In this document: in pieces, positions 13,614 to 25,148 of the stretch
Layout of the letters: every line of letters begins with the position of its first letter
Position numbering within the stretch: the stretch's first letter is position 1
NCBI GenBank assembly: GCA_023231475.1
Contig: JALJEE010002733.1
Span: 62,001-126,000, forward strand
DNA length: 64,000 nucleotides
Reading direction: 5' to 3'
From: Seison nebaliae
Lineage: Eukaryota
Program-made: the position numbers and the translations under genes
Notes under the pieces: generated by a model
Database searches by the model: none
Told to the model about the DNA's origin: nothing
Seen by the model: the letters and a program-made list of their open reading frames with translations, nothing else

Positions 13614-16600
13614 TTAAACGAACATGTCCTCATCATCGCAAGTTGCTTCGTCTTGATTGTTTGGTCGATTCTCCATTCCGATGAAATAGAAGAAATGTGA
13701 TGATCGATGAATTTGATGATAGAAATCTTTGGGATTTGCCAATTGGAGATCATAACTAATATTGTTAGAATGACGATATGCCATAAAAGAATAATTCCAA
13801 ATATCTCCCACTGGTGTCATGAAAAATCCGAGAAATCGATCGGATAATAATAATTGAACTTTCTCATAATGTGCAGGAGAATATCCTTTGGGATTGGCAT
13901 CCATATCTGTATTAGCTTTGCCCCATTCGAAACCGCCTGGCGTTAATTTATATGCTGCAATTGAAATACTTCCTGGTGTGAATGAACAAGTGACAACGAT
14001 AGATTTGCCTAAATCATCACCTGATTGATCTTTCGTTAACATTTTCGCATGTTGTGTCACGTCTTGGGCAGCTAATTGAGACAATTCATTTGATTGAGTA
14101 TGAATCCATCCTAACGGTTCTAATTCATTCAAATATGGATGTTCTGGCAACTTCTCAGGTAGATGAACATTTTGATGTGTTCCCCATTGTGGCACCATAA
14201 CGATACATCTTATCTCTTTAACTTGTAGAGCATCGGCAGGTGAACTTCCATACATATAACCAGCAATTTGACATCTCAAATCAGAAATTGTAATAAATTT
14301 TTTCAAAATATTTTTTGGAAGAACATATTTATATCCCGTTTCTCTCACTTCATCCGCTCCCACATAAATATGATTTGTACGTAAATATAAATTTGCAGTA
14401 GATATTGCTCGAATTCTCCATTCAGTTTTCGACGTAAACGTTTGTCGTTCATATCCAGTTGTTGTTGTTGAAACAATTTCATCTCCATGTTTAGTGAAAG
14501 TTTTTGTTGTTGTTGCCATTAATTGAGATGAATTTGATGATGATTGATTTGTTGAATCTTTTGCTTGTTTCTCAATTTCAGCGATTTGTTGTCTCTGTTG
14601 AGATGGTGCAGCAATTTCCATTCCAAGAATAACATCTCGAATTTCCGATTGTGTTAATGATCCAACATTAACATTATTCTTTTTTGAATAATCAGCAAGA
14701 ATTAAATCTTTTAATTCTACTTCCGTTTTCACCCATTCACTATCCGTCATTGTCGGCCAAACATGATGTGGTTCTGTTACCACACTCTTATCTCGTCGTA
14801 ACAACAATTTCGTTCGATCATTATTAACATGAAGAGCTTTCAATATGAGAATTAATCGAGAGAAAGCGGTAAATGATGAAATACTTCGAAGCCAATCATC
14901 ATATAAATTAAAGAGAACCATTTGTGGTTCTTGAGCTTTCAATATTAAATCGCCAAATTTCTCCACTTTGAGACATGCTTGAAATGGTAATTGTAATTCT
15001 GATCCTTTAATGACGATATTTGGAAAATCTAATAAATTCACTTCCAACGGATCTAACATTCCTTTTCGTGTCACAATTATTTGTTTCGGTTGTTCTTCCA
15101 CTGGTAATGAACGAATGAGAGCAGCTACTTCTTCTGCCGTTTTCCATTTGGCGAGTTGTCCCAGACGTTTCTGACCTGCCCATACAGAAGTATGAATAAT
15201 TTTCAAGAATAATTGACCAGTTCTCGGATTGAAAATGAAAATAGCTCCATTAATCGGTTTGGTTGTGAGATTTCCTTCATATGTCTTATGAATCGTTACA
15301 CGATAAACATTCGTATCATCAATAAACCAAATAATTTGATTTGAGAATAATTCTCCGTAATTCTGAGAGGATAAATACGGTTCCGTCGGTTCCGATGAAT
15401 ACAATTGGAGTCCTTTTCGAATTCTTTCTCTCAATACATAAAGTGCCGGATTCGCTTTCATAATTTTCGCCATAGCTTGTTGTAATAACGGTTTACAACC
15501 AGGAAACCAATTTCCGAAAGCTGAATGAAGATTATATGCCAAATCAACAACAACTAATGCACCGGTTGGTGATGGATAAAGTGACATATTATCAGTTGTA
15601 TAATCGAAGAATTTTGCACGTCCATATCGTTCAACATCATGTGAATCATAATCTCCCCATCTCAATTGGACATCAATCCAATACTTTTGTGATTGTACAC
15701 CGGAATCCATTACATCTTTCGTATCAACGAGAAGTGATGGTCGAGAGATTTGATTCCATTTCGATGCTGCGAATAATAAGATATCAGCACAAGATGAATT
15801 CATTTTATAAGATTTCCTCGGATGAATTTGTTCTTTTTGAACTGTATTAATATTTAATGCATCCAATTCTTGATCGAAAACTTGACATAAATCCATAACG
15901 ATACTTTCGTGAATTTTCTGCCACAAATGTGCACGAAATATTTGAATAAGAGAAATTTTCAATGTCGGAATTTTCCCATGCATGAAAATTCCAGTGAGAT
16001 CCAATTGTACTTGAAAACCGACATAGACATTCGCTCGATTAATTGTTGGAGACCACCATAAAGTGAATCGTCGATTAGGAATTTGATTGAGACCAGATCG
16101 TTGAGCATTTGTCAATTTTTTCCATCTCATCGATTCTTCGAAACCTGACGCTTTCTCCCAGAAGAGACCTTCCCATGTTGGAAAATAAGTTCCTTTGAAT
16201 AATGTATGTTCTAAAATACCTTCTACTCCACCAAGTGCTTGAATGATATCTGTTCGATAATTATTTAAATTCCATAATTTCCCATCATGTCGTTGATGTG
16301 TCCACCAAAAAGGATTTTGTTTTAAAATTTGATATTGTTTAAAATCTGTTCGAACACGCCATCCTTTATCATAAGCGAGAACATGTCGATCTTTTTGGAA
16401 AAGTGTATTAATTCGAGGAATTCCTCGATCCCATGAATCATCTAAATCTTCTAATGTTAATCGTCGATTTTGTGAAGCAGCATCTTGTCTCTTTAATGCA
16501 TATTCACTCCACACACGTTGAGAATTGATGAATTCAGATTCCCATGGTAAAATGTATCGATAAAGATTGGGAATTAATTGATCTTCGTCATGAGAGAGAC

Positions 16601-19600
16601 CTGAACGGAAATGAGTTATTTCCGTTTCTGATTGTTTACTCCATCTCAAATCGGATTGTGGAATTAACACATGTCCCATTGACAACATTCCCAATCCGCC
16701 CAACTCTTTTGGTGTATAAAAGACAACTGGTGGAAATCGTGAGGGCATTTTCGAATTCAAACCGATTTTTATTCGAGTTTGAATTTTATTCTCACATTTC
16801 ACTAACAAATCGAGCAATTCTTGTGTATTGACGACGGCCTCTCGAAAATACGTCATTAGACCAATAAGTGCCGTATTCCATTTGTTGACGATTTTGGTAA
16901 AGGTGGTTGAACCAGATGCCATAAGAATTTGTCGTACACGATTATGAAATCGATTCATTGAATCTGTATCAACACGAAGAAAACATTGAGCCGTTCGTTC
17001 TTTCGTAATATCATTCTGTAAATTCCATACACCATCTTTATGAATGTTGGTAGGTATGTCGATAGATGTTCGACATTTGGGTAATATTCGACATTCAAAT
17101 CCACACATATTAAATAATAGATTTGGATTATCTTTGGAATAAACGGAAACGAAACTATTATTCCATTCGATGGCACATAAAGAACGTGGAATTCGATTCT
17201 TCATATCCCAGAAAACTGCACGTCCCAAATTAACATCATGTTTCATTAATCTCATTCGAGCATCTCTTGGCCAACATTTCTTGTTATTATATCCGACAAT
17301 ATTCTCATTATTCGGATCGGGATGTTCAGTGAGATATCGTTGAATTAAATCTTTTGTCTCTTGTGAAGTGAAACGGAAGAAAATATGAATTCTATCAACA
17401 TATCGAGTATATAATCGAATTGGATGACGAACTTCTGTAGCGATATCTTTGAACGTCAAATAATCATTTGGTAAATGAGCAGCACCAGCTAATTCAGATG
17501 CACGTCTCAATCCAATAAATAAGATATCAATAACTAAACCATAATATTGAACGATAAATGAAGCGAATTGTAACCCACGAATTAATCCATAAGTATTCGT
17601 ATGAGACATATCTTTATAACTGATAGTAATATTATTTTTTGCACTCATATAATCAGCGATATTATGATCAATAATTAATCGTAATAATCGATTTAATAAC
17701 GTCAAATCAACTTTCTCATAAATTCTCTCTAATTTCGTCTCTAATAAAACATTACATTCTCCTTCATTCGATTCCCATACATCTTGCAAATTATTCAATC
17801 CTTGACACCATTTATAAACGAGTAATGGTGGAGGTTCGTTATCAGATGGTTTAATCCATGATGGAAATAATTTACGACGATCAGCTTCAAACCATACATA
17901 TTGATCGAGATAAGCATCCGTTATCTTTTCCAATGGTTCGATATCATAAACGGGAATTAAATGTGAATATAAATCCATAAATTCAATTTCCACTTCTTTA
18001 AATGCTCTCGATGTTAACAAATGACGTTTGATTCGACTCAGACATTCTTGTGGATTATCATATGCTTGTTCGATTAATCCCAATTCTTCTCGTTGTGATT
18101 GATTCAATCTTGATTTGACACTATATGCCTCTCTCAATCGTTCTAATGCTAATGATAATAATTTCGTGTCATGTTTATAAGATAATGGAGGGAATGGTAT
18201 TGGAGAGAATCGGCGAGATTCCAACCAATGTACCGTCGAAATATAAATAGTTGCCGCTTCTTCTGGAGTAATATATGGTCCATCTTTCCCATAATTATGT
18301 TGTCGTTCTTGTTCTGATTTTAAATATAATCGAGTAAGTCGACCTAAATTCTTCTTGCAAACCGTTTTATCTACAGTTGCACCACGTCTTATCCTTTCAC
18401 GATTATAATGTGCCGTATTCGTCCACCAATCCGCTTTCGCTTTCACATATCGAAGTATCATATTCTCTAAAGGAATTGGTAAATCGGGTACTTTCCATGG
18501 AATATTCGCTTTCCAACAACGCCATGCTTCCCCCAAATGTTGGAGAATTGTTCGAGCTTTCGATTGTTTTATTCCTTCAGGCATCATATCTCCAATATCT
18601 TTCATTACAGCAGCTCGTAATTCCAAATCATATTGTGATTCTACTCGTTGTTTCGTTACAGTTTTCGCAACTCCCTTCGAATGACGACCTTCAAATTGTC
18701 TCGACAATAAATTACCTAACCATCTCTCTAATAATGGTGTGACACCTCGGAGAAAGAATAACCAAATACGCCAACCGGGAGCCCAAATTCCCACACCAGG
18801 TCCCTTACCAACCGGACCGGTATTGAAACGATAATAGATCACATGTTTCAAATCTTTACACATTCGAATTTGTCTCATCAATTTATATTTATATCGATAC
18901 ATTCCCGTCAATTGTCCGACATGTGCGAAAATATATTGCAATCCATCAGCCAATTGGAAAGCATCCGTGTTCCCTAATCGATATTTCACATGAGAATCAA
19001 CAATTAATTTCGTTAATCTCAAAATCTCTCGACATAAATGAAATGCATTACCAAATCGTGATTTCTTTCTTTCTTTCGTTGTCAACGTTTTCACCGGTTT
19101 CAAATTGAAATTAAAATCGAGATGAAGATAATTCAAATTTTTTCGATGAATCAATAAATTCAACATATTGTATCCTTGTCGACAAACTTGTAAACCGGCT
19201 TCAACCCAATCTAATGTAGTTGTTTGGAAGAATTTCGTCGCTTTAAATGATCGGAATAAATATCGTTTTTTTTGTGCTTTCGGTTTTTTGTGATGCAACT
19301 CGTTCAACACATAACATTTCAATAATTTCTGATATGACACACGAACTTTCACCGGCATTCCTGGTGGACAATGTTCCAAATACCACGATTTCACTAATGG
19401 CACATCCATCGCACGACGACAACGACCTGATCGTAAATTGAAAGGACGAGGTGCCCAAAGAAGTGCAATTCCATTCGTTGTATTTTCCGTATATAACGGT
19501 AATTCGTCCATTAACATTTCCGCATAAATTGGAAGAAAAAATTTGTTTTTTGAAAAATTTCCTAATATTTTCTTTCGTGAATTCTTCTCATTATCATCAT

Positions 19601-20714
19601 TATCATCATCATCGTCATATTCGGGTAAGATGTCATTACGAATGAATTTTTCATTCCGTTTTCCGATTGGAGCAATTAATGGATCATAATAGAAGACGGG
19701 TAATTCCGGATCTTCCGCTTTGATATAAACCACATTCGGTGTATGATAATGTGGAAGATGAACTTTATATGGATGAGAATTATATAAATATGGGAAGCCG
19801 ATTCGATATTCGGTTCGAATAGCTTGTCGAATAATAATTTTATTGATATCATTAAATTCATTCCAATCTTCATCATTTGGATTAATATCTTTTACTAATG
19901 GTTCAAATTTCGGTCCACCTGGAATCGCCACATTTAACGCTTTCGCTGTAAAGAAACATTTTTTATCGAATAAATAAAAATAATTATTATCGACAAAATC
20001 ACTCAATAATTGATCAGCAAATCGATATAATGTGGAAATGATGGGAAGTGGTAATTGCCATCGTCGATAACTACTTCCATTAACAAACTTTGTATCTTGA
20101 AGTGCTCGATGTTCATAAAACCATTCGTATACGTCACAATCTTCTTCTTCATCTAATTCGATTTGAATCGCTTCTGATGGTTGAACATCTAAAATATTAT
20201 CGGAATAATCAAATGGTGGTTCCTCGTCATCGAATGGTGGAAATCTCATTCGTTTAAAATGACGTCGATCTCTCTTCTCTCGTCTCATCGTAATCCACAT
20301 GGAACCCCATTGTGCTACATATAATGGTTCGATAACCCATGGAATTTCATTGACGAATGTTATCGCTCCTGTCATATGATAGACGACTGAAACATCTCTA
20401 ATTTGTTCCCATGGCATCGGCATATTCTCCAACAATTTCAGAGTTGCATGTGGCATATATTTCAATGCGCCAAGATATACACGTTTATCCGATTTATATT
20501 TCTTACTAGAGAGATCACCATGATCTCGAATAATACGACGTACATGTTCTGGTGGCATATCTTCTTTCACCATATCCACAAATCCTACTTTCTTCTTATC
20601 ATCGAAACGTTTCTCGTGCAATTTCTGCCATTGTTTCGCTTTGTGAAGGAACATTTGTATTCTCTCATCATTCACATTTCGAATCGACGACTTATTCTTA
20701 ATATCTTTCTCCAT
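13614..20714 (-). CDS. PRP8: Pre-mRNA processing factor 8 (U5 snRNP core), 2366 aa, single exon
   Basis: Uninterrupted ORF with the hallmark motifs [59 protein letters not shown] and GWIHTQ (Jab1/MPN). The first ATG is at 20714; the track's 20792 start is a TTG. Confidence 0.99.
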   Translation of the reverse strand: MEKDIKNKSSIRNVNDERIQMFLHKAKQWQKLHEKRFDDKKKVGFVDMVKEDMPPEHVRRIIRDHGDLSSKKYKSDKRVYLGALKYMPHATLKLLENMPMPWEQIRDVSVVYHMTGAITFVNEIPWVIEPLYVAQWGSMWITMRREKRDRRHFKRMRFPPFDDEEPPFDYSDNILDVQPSEAIQIELDEEEDCDVYEWFYEHRALQDTKFVNGSSYRRWQLPLPIISTLYRFADQLLSDFVDNNYFYLFDKKCFFTAKALNVAIPGGPKFEPLVKDINPNDEDWNEFNDINKIIIRQAIRTEYRIGFPYLYNSHPYKVHLPHYHTPNVVYIKAEDPELPVFYYDPLIAPIGKRNEKFIRNDILPEYDDDDDNDDNEKNSRKKILGNFSKNKFFLPIYAEMLMDELPLYTENTTNGIALLWAPRPFNLRSGRCRRAMDVPLVKSWYLEHCPPGMPVKVRVSYQKLLKCYVLNELHHKKPKAQKKRYLFRSFKATKFFQTTTLDWVEAGLQVCRQGYNMLNLLIHRKNLNYLHLDFNFNLKPVKTLTTKERKKSRFGNAFHLCREILRLTKLIVDSHVKYRLGNTDAFQLADGLQYIFAHVGQLTGMYRYKYKLMRQIRMCKDLKHVIYYRFNTGPVGKGPGVGIWAPGWRIWLFFLRGVTPLLERWLGNLLSRQFEGRHSKGVAKTVTKQRVESQYDLELRAAVMKDIGDMMPEGIKQSKARTILQHLGEAWRCWKANIPWKVPDLPIPLENMILRYVKAKADWWTNTAHYNRERIRRGATVDKTVCKKNLGRLTRLYLKSEQERQHNYGKDGPYITPEEAATIYISTVHWLESRRFSPIPFPPLSYKHDTKLLSLALERLREAYSVKSRLNQSQREELGLIEQAYDNPQECLSRIKRHLLTSRAFKEVEIEFMDLYSHLIPVYDIEPLEKITDAYLDQYVWFEADRRKLFPSWIKPSDNEPPPLLVYKWCQGLNNLQDVWESNEGECNVLLETKLERIYEKVDLTLLNRLLRLIIDHNIADYMSAKNNITISYKDMSHTNTYGLIRGLQFASFIVQYYGLVIDILFIGLRRASELAGAAHLPNDYLTFKDIATEVRHPIRLYTRYVDRIHIFFRFTSQETKDLIQRYLTEHPDPNNENIVGYNNKKCWPRDARMRLMKHDVNLGRAVFWDMKNRIPRSLCAIEWNNSFVSVYSKDNPNLLFNMCGFECRILPKCRTSIDIPTNIHKDGVWNLQNDITKERTAQCFLRVDTDSMNRFHNRVRQILMASGSTTFTKIVNKWNTALIGLMTYFREAVVNTQELLDLLVKCENKIQTRIKIGLNSKMPSRFPPVVFYTPKELGGLGMLSMGHVLIPQSDLRWSKQSETEITHFRSGLSHDEDQLIPNLYRYILPWESEFINSQRVWSEYALKRQDAASQNRRLTLEDLDDSWDRGIPRINTLFQKDRHVLAYDKGWRVRTDFKQYQILKQNPFWWTHQRHDGKLWNLNNYRTDIIQALGGVEGILEHTLFKGTYFPTWEGLFWEKASGFEESMRWKKLTNAQRSGLNQIPNRRFTLWWSPTINRANVYVGFQVQLDLTGIFMHGKIPTLKISLIQIFRAHLWQKIHESIVMDLCQVFDQELDALNINTVQKEQIHPRKSYKMNSSCADILLFAASKWNQISRPSLLVDTKDVMDSGVQSQKYWIDVQLRWGDYDSHDVERYGRAKFFDYTTDNMSLYPSPTGALVVVDLAYNLHSAFGNWFPGCKPLLQQAMAKIMKANPALYVLRERIRKGLQLYSSEPTEPYLSSQNYGELFSNQIIWFIDDTNVYRVTIHKTYEGNLTTKPINGAIFIFNPRTGQLFLKIIHTSVWAGQKRLGQLAKWKTAEEVAALIRSLPVEEQPKQIIVTRKGMLDPLEVNLLDFPNIVIKGSELQLPFQACLKVEKFGDLILKAQEPQMVLFNLYDDWLRSISSFTAFSRLILILKALHVNNDRTKLLLRRDKSVVTEPHHVWPTMTDSEWVKTEVELKDLILADYSKKNNVNVGSLTQSEIRDVILGMEIAAPSQQRQQIAEIEKQAKDSTNQSSSNSSQLMATTTKTFTKHGDEIVSTTTTGYERQTFTSKTEWRIRAISTANLYLRTNHIYVGADEVRETGYKYVLPKNILKKFITISDLRCQIAGYMYGSSPADALQVKEIRCIVMVPQWGTHQNVHLPEKLPEHPYLNELEPLGWIHTQSNELSQLAAQDVTQHAKMLTKDQSGDDLGKSIVVTCSFTPGSISIAAYKLTPGGFEWGKANTDMDANPKGYSPAHYEKVQLLLSDRFLGFFMTPVGDIWNYSFMAYRHSNNISYDLQLANPKDFYHQIHRSSHFFYFIGMENRPNNQDEATCDDEDMFV

Positions 20715-21242
20715 TTTTAAGTTGATGAAAATATCAATTAAAAATTCATCCGATTCAACTCTAAAAGTCTCTTCTTCACACTTATCCTCCAAAAATCTAC
20801 TTCAATTCTCTCTTAACAACGATTTCCAATTGAGAAATAATTCAAAATAATCATTAACGATAATTATCCTTTTCTAAGAAATACACTAGGAAAGTAAATT
20901 TCTGGTAAAGAACTTTTCGAATTTTTGACGATTTTCTCTTCAGCTTAACGCCCATTCATTCCTCGTTGTATCTTCTCCTACCAAATTCCCCAAAACTATT
21001 TGCGTCATTTCAATAAAATGAAATTCGAAGCTTTCTAAAATCAAAGTATTTTTACGAATAAAATGAAATTTCAGTTTGATTTGTTTGAACTGAAAAGAGT
21101 TGTTTCTTAAAATTTCTTAGTTGAATGAGAAATTATTTCAAATTGATTTGACAATAAATTGAAAATTGAAGCTGAATATTTCCATAAATTATTAAGATGA
21201 AAACATAATCAGTCCATTTAATGAATAGGTGATAAAACGGAA
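20715..21242. promoter_or_regulatory. Probable bidirectional promoter between PRP8 and the LAMTOR2-like gene
   Basis: Head-to-head start codons about 530 nt apart. This is positional inference only. Confidence 0.45.
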
Positions 21243-21614
21243 ATGATTAAACCAAAAGAATTGGAGAACATTCTCAAATATTTCTGTGAACTGTATCATC
21301 TACGAAGTATCATCCTGTTAGTGAATGGAAAGGAGATTTTCGCTTCTTATGATAATTTCGAAGATCGTCGACCGATGTGTTCCATTAGTGCATTGACACT
21401 TTATGGATCATACGTTTGGACGAACATGAAACAACAACGTGATATGCAATGGTTCAATTCATTGGTCATTAATACGAACGAATTATTATTGGCAATTAAA
21501 CGTAGCGGAATTTACATCGTTTGTATCGAAGCTGAGACGATATATCCTCGTGGAAAATTAGATATGGTGATGGAAACGTTCATAGAAACGATTGGTCCAA
21601 TTTCAAAAAAATGA
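21243..21614 (+). CDS. Roadblock/LAMTOR2-like (Ragulator) protein, 123 aa, divergent
   Basis: MIKPKELENIL resembles LAMTOR2 MLRPKALTQVL. The motifs SIILL, LAIKR..IVCIEA and G-x-L and the length all fit LAMTOR2. Single exon with AATAAA downstream. Confidence 0.65.
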   Translation: MIKPKELENILKYFCELYHLRSIILLVNGKEIFASYDNFEDRRPMCSISALTLYGSYVWTNMKQQRDMQWFNSLVINTNELLLAIKRSGIYIVCIEAETIYPRGKLDMVMETFIETIGPISKK

Positions 21615-21699
21615 GAAATTCATAAAAATCTCTTTTTATCTCATCGAATAAAAAGTTTAATTATTCCTCCAAAATCAAAAGAGAAAATTCCTCCAAATT

Positions 21700-22474
21700 T
21701 TATGTGAAGTTTTTCGTGACGAATTCTTTCGTGTTTCCATACGGTTTCCAATTGTCCTTCGTCGACAAATTACTATCGGTATTTGTACGGAATTTATTGA
21801 TAGGTTGAAATGATTTGGAAAGTGGATCATTAATCGGAATATTCGTATTCAACTAAAAAAGATTAACGAAATTTCAATAAGAAAAATTCGAAACATTTCC
21901 ATCACCGTTTGGAAGGAAAATTAAATTTTCATTTTTTGTCTGATATTGTTCGGTTGAATAATAATTATTCCAATCAGAATTCGTCTTCCTAAAAACAATG
22001 AAATTATTTCTCATTGAATGAAATATATGTGAACGTCATTGTCATTTTATCATCTGATTGTTGATTGACAAATTCGAATGAATTGTATTGAGGACGAACA
22101 ATATCCGTAGTATTAGCTAATCCATAATTTTCGATAGGATATTTCAATTCATCTACAAATCATCAATCATAAATATTCAGATATTTCTTATTTAAGAGGA
22201 ACTGTCAATAGAAATTTGTTTCCATGTTTTATTGGCAGTAGGATTGTAGGAATGGAAATCACTTTCATCTCTCGTTTTATCCATATACAATTCTTCTTTT
22301 GATGGCAATGGTAATTCGATTTGATCATTTGTTGCTGGGAAAATCGGAGATCTTAATGAAAATTCAAAAGAATTGGAAAATTAGTTGAACGAACTTATAT
22401 TTATGATATGGAATTGGAATGGGAATGTTACGTTTATCATATGTATTGATGAGTATGTTCTTCCTGTTCGACAT
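21700..22474 (-). CDS. Uncharacterised 197-aa protein (5 exons), possibly ciliary; absent from the ORF track
   Basis: Exons 22474-22395, 22351-22203, 22152-22035, 21988-21895 and 21852-21700, with four GTT..AG introns of 43, 50, 46 and 42 nt. All phases are consistent from ATG to TAA: MSNRKNILINTYDKRNIPIPIPYHKYKSPIFP...YNPTANKTW...YPIENYGL...WKPYGNTKEFVTKNFT*. Confidence 0.8.
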
Positions 22475-22560
22475 ATTTCTTACGATGTAGAGAAAAGTAA
22501 CTCTATTTTATTTATTTCTATTTTATTCTTATTTAACTTTTGTTGAAGATTTGTTATATT

Positions 22561-22574
22561 GTCGTCATGACAAC
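22561..22574. promoter_or_regulatory. RFX X-box
   Basis: GTCGTCATGACAAC fits the X-box consensus GTHNYY-AT-RRNAAC and lies about 87 nt upstream of the ATG at 22474. Confidence 0.6.
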
Positions 22575-22698
22575 AATATAGTTCATTCAAAACGAAAATT
22601 TACATAGAAATTTGGAATATCAAGAAATTATTTAAACTAACAACCGAATGGAACGTGTCTTTTCTCTAATCTATTAATTGCTTTATTAAAATTTTTTT

Positions 22699-22898
22699 TT
22701 GTAAATTTTAAACAATTTTTTATTGTAAATTTAAATCAAATTATTTTTGTAAATTTTAAACAATTTTTTATTGTAAATTTAAATCAAATTATTTTTGTAA
22801 ATTTAAATCAAATTGTTTTTGTAAATTTTAAACAATTTTTTATTGTAAATTTAAATCAAATTATTTTTGTAAATTTAAATCAAATTTTTTTTGTAAAA
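22699..22898. repeat. 24-bp AT-rich minisatellite, about 8.3 copies, two unit variants
   Basis: Units A=TTGTAAATTTTAAACAATTTTTTA and B=TTGTAAATTTAAATCAAATTATTT occur in the order A B A B B A B B. Confidence 0.92.
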
Positions 22899-23041
22899 TA
22901 AAATATTTGTTAAGAACAACATTTATAAACAACAAATATAACTGTATATACGTAGGTAGATATCAAGTAGAAAGAATAAAACTGTTTGTAAAAAGTATGA
23001 TAAAAAATCATTCAAAGAAAAGTTCAATATACAAATGTTTC

Positions 23042-25148
23042 TCATTCTCCACTTTTCTCCCAATGACTGTTACTTAAATGGACCGTCTCTTTCAACACGT
23101 CCCAAATAGTTGACTGTTCTCTCATGAACTCATTGTCCACTAAATTGACGAGATAGAAAGTAGTGTAGACTCGATCGATCAATTGATATGACAACGAATC
23201 TTCATCATATAATGATTGCCATTTCTCCTTCCAAATACTAAAAGCCTCGTTCTAAAAAAGAGCGACAATTATTTATTTCCATCAAAAAAAAAAATAGAAA
23301 GAAACTTTCCAAATTCGAAATGCTTCCGAATCAACGACTGTTGGTTGAATTATTTCACTTCCGGGAAATACTCCCCAAGTAACAGCAATCGAACCATCCG
23401 TATCACCATTACAATAATCTTCGCTTCCATCATGATTCATTATATGATAATTGATATCACTTCTCTTGTCCAAGATCTTCCTCAAACTATTCACTAATCG
23501 TTTACTGACAAAAAATTCTAAATACGTCTGAAAAAATTAAAAAATAAATTGGAGAGAAAAGAGAAACTTTCTGATAAACATAACCACCAGAACGTCCCCA
23601 ACCAACGATGGGATCGGTCGACGATTTCCCATTGACTGCCGGTTGTGAATTGATGGTAAGGAAACCATTTAAATTAGCTTCAGTTAATTGTGGTCGAAGA
23701 ATATTCGTTTCTAAAGCCAATTCGTCTTCGCACCAAGGTAAATGTGTAACTTTGTTTCCATTCGAATTCTCCAATCCGTTGACATAGGCAGCGAATATTT
23801 GACGAATATCTTTTTCCGAACAAGGATTCTCACCCCACATCTTTCGTCGTTTGTCTCGACAATTGGATAATTGTGACGTTAAATAAAATAGATGATAATC
23901 TTTCAATTCTCCAAATGTGGCAGCGTTACTATTTCCCCAACGACCGTTGGGAAATTCATCCCATTCAGATGTTCGATAAATGTAAGCACGTGGACGATTA
24001 GACCAATGAATGGGACGTATTTGTTCATTTAATCGAGAATGATTAGCGGATTGTTTCCATGGTAACGGACGAGTTGGTTTCTCCGTCCACATAGATAGAA
24101 TTTTCAAAATTCTCAATGTACTCACTTCTCGATTTAATGTATAGAAATGAAGTCCATGTACTACACCCGATAACATTAATTTTCTACACATTTTCACACA
24201 ATGATTAATTCCCATCTCTCGAATTTGAACATCGTCATGTTTGATGGATTCAATCGAATCTAATAGTTTCTGAGGGATTTGTAATCGACTCAATTTGACG
24301 ATATGACGAAGAGAATCATATGCTTGTATAGGCATAATTCCAGGAATGATGGGACAATTAATACCAATCTTTCGACAATCATGATAATATTTAATGAAAT
24401 CATCAGCATCGAAAAATAGTTGAGTGATAATGAAATCGGCACCAGCATCAACTTTATCTTTCGTATATTTCAACGACATTTCATATGACTCACAATCGGC
24501 ATAACCATTCGGATAACCAGCTACACATATCACGAAATAATTTCCATAAACTTCACGAATTAATTTGACGAGATCAATGGCGAAATTGAAACCATTCTCT
24601 TGTAATTTCCAATCTATGTCATTGTCATCTGGATCGCCACGCAAAGCGAGAATATTTCGAATTCCTAATTGTTTTGCTTTTTTCAAATAATTCAATAATG
24701 TCTCTCTTGTTTGATGGAGACATGTCATATGGAGCATAGTATCTGAACCAGCATAATTCAACATACTCGATGCAATAATCATCGATGACGTATCATCATC
24801 ACCACCAGGATTACCTTTTGGATGCCAAGTTATATCACAGAATAATGGTTTACCTTGAATCATTCGTTCGAATCTTGCCATTAAATTATATGCTCCAATT
24901 GATGTTCGAGGAGGAAAGAATTCGAGAGAGAACCAATGTTCTCCATTCAATATCAGATCATTAATACGATCAATCAATGATCGATAATTCAATCGATCTT
25001 TCGTCGATATTCTTTTCATTGTTGATTTACCTGATGATGATAATGAACTTCCTGATGCAGAATTGCCACTTTGACAATCATTATCTGAATGTTGATTATT
25101 CGTCCCGTTTTGGACGGTGAAGATTGAAGTATTCTTCTTCTCATTCAT
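23042..25148 (-). CDS. MTHFR: Methylenetetrahydrofolate reductase (eukaryotic, catalytic + SAM-regulatory domains), ~670 aa
   Basis: Exons 25148-23568, 23527-23306 and 23251-23042 (introns of 40 and 54 nt). Motifs: FSLEFFPPRT, NILALRGDP, GADFIITQLFF, HFYTLN, WDEFPNGRWG, GYVYQK|TYLEFF, VTWGVFPG, WK|NEAF and LVNLVDN. The N-terminus is Ser-rich. Confidence 0.97.

Noticed and set aside
6049..13753. Short ORFs in the 6-13.7 kb interval
   Set aside because: Low-complexity F/I/L/S-rich or microsatellite-derived translations, with no splice-consistent model or motif found.
16130..16175. PRP8 intein
   Set aside because: The usual fungal insertion site [11 protein letters not shown] is uninterrupted and the protein length is normal.
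15536..20720. Antisense and alternate-frame ORFs inside PRP8 (likewise in MTHFR, NYN, SLC35A and 62349-62696)
   Set aside because: Short shadow frames of real CDSs with no recognisable motifs.
20715..20792. 26-aa N-terminal extension of PRP8 in the ORF track
   Set aside because: It starts at TTG, a prokaryote-style call. The first ATG at 20714 gives a normal N-terminus. The GTG starts at 25160 and 59346 are rejected for the same reason.
22699..22898. CRISPR-like array
   Set aside because: The units are contiguous with no unique spacers, there are no cas genes, and the context is eukaryotic. It is a minisatellite.
13614..25148. Alternative genetic code
   Set aside because: AGA encodes conserved Arg in PRP8, TGA and TAA end genes at the expected positions, and conserved domains have no in-frame stops once introns are removed.
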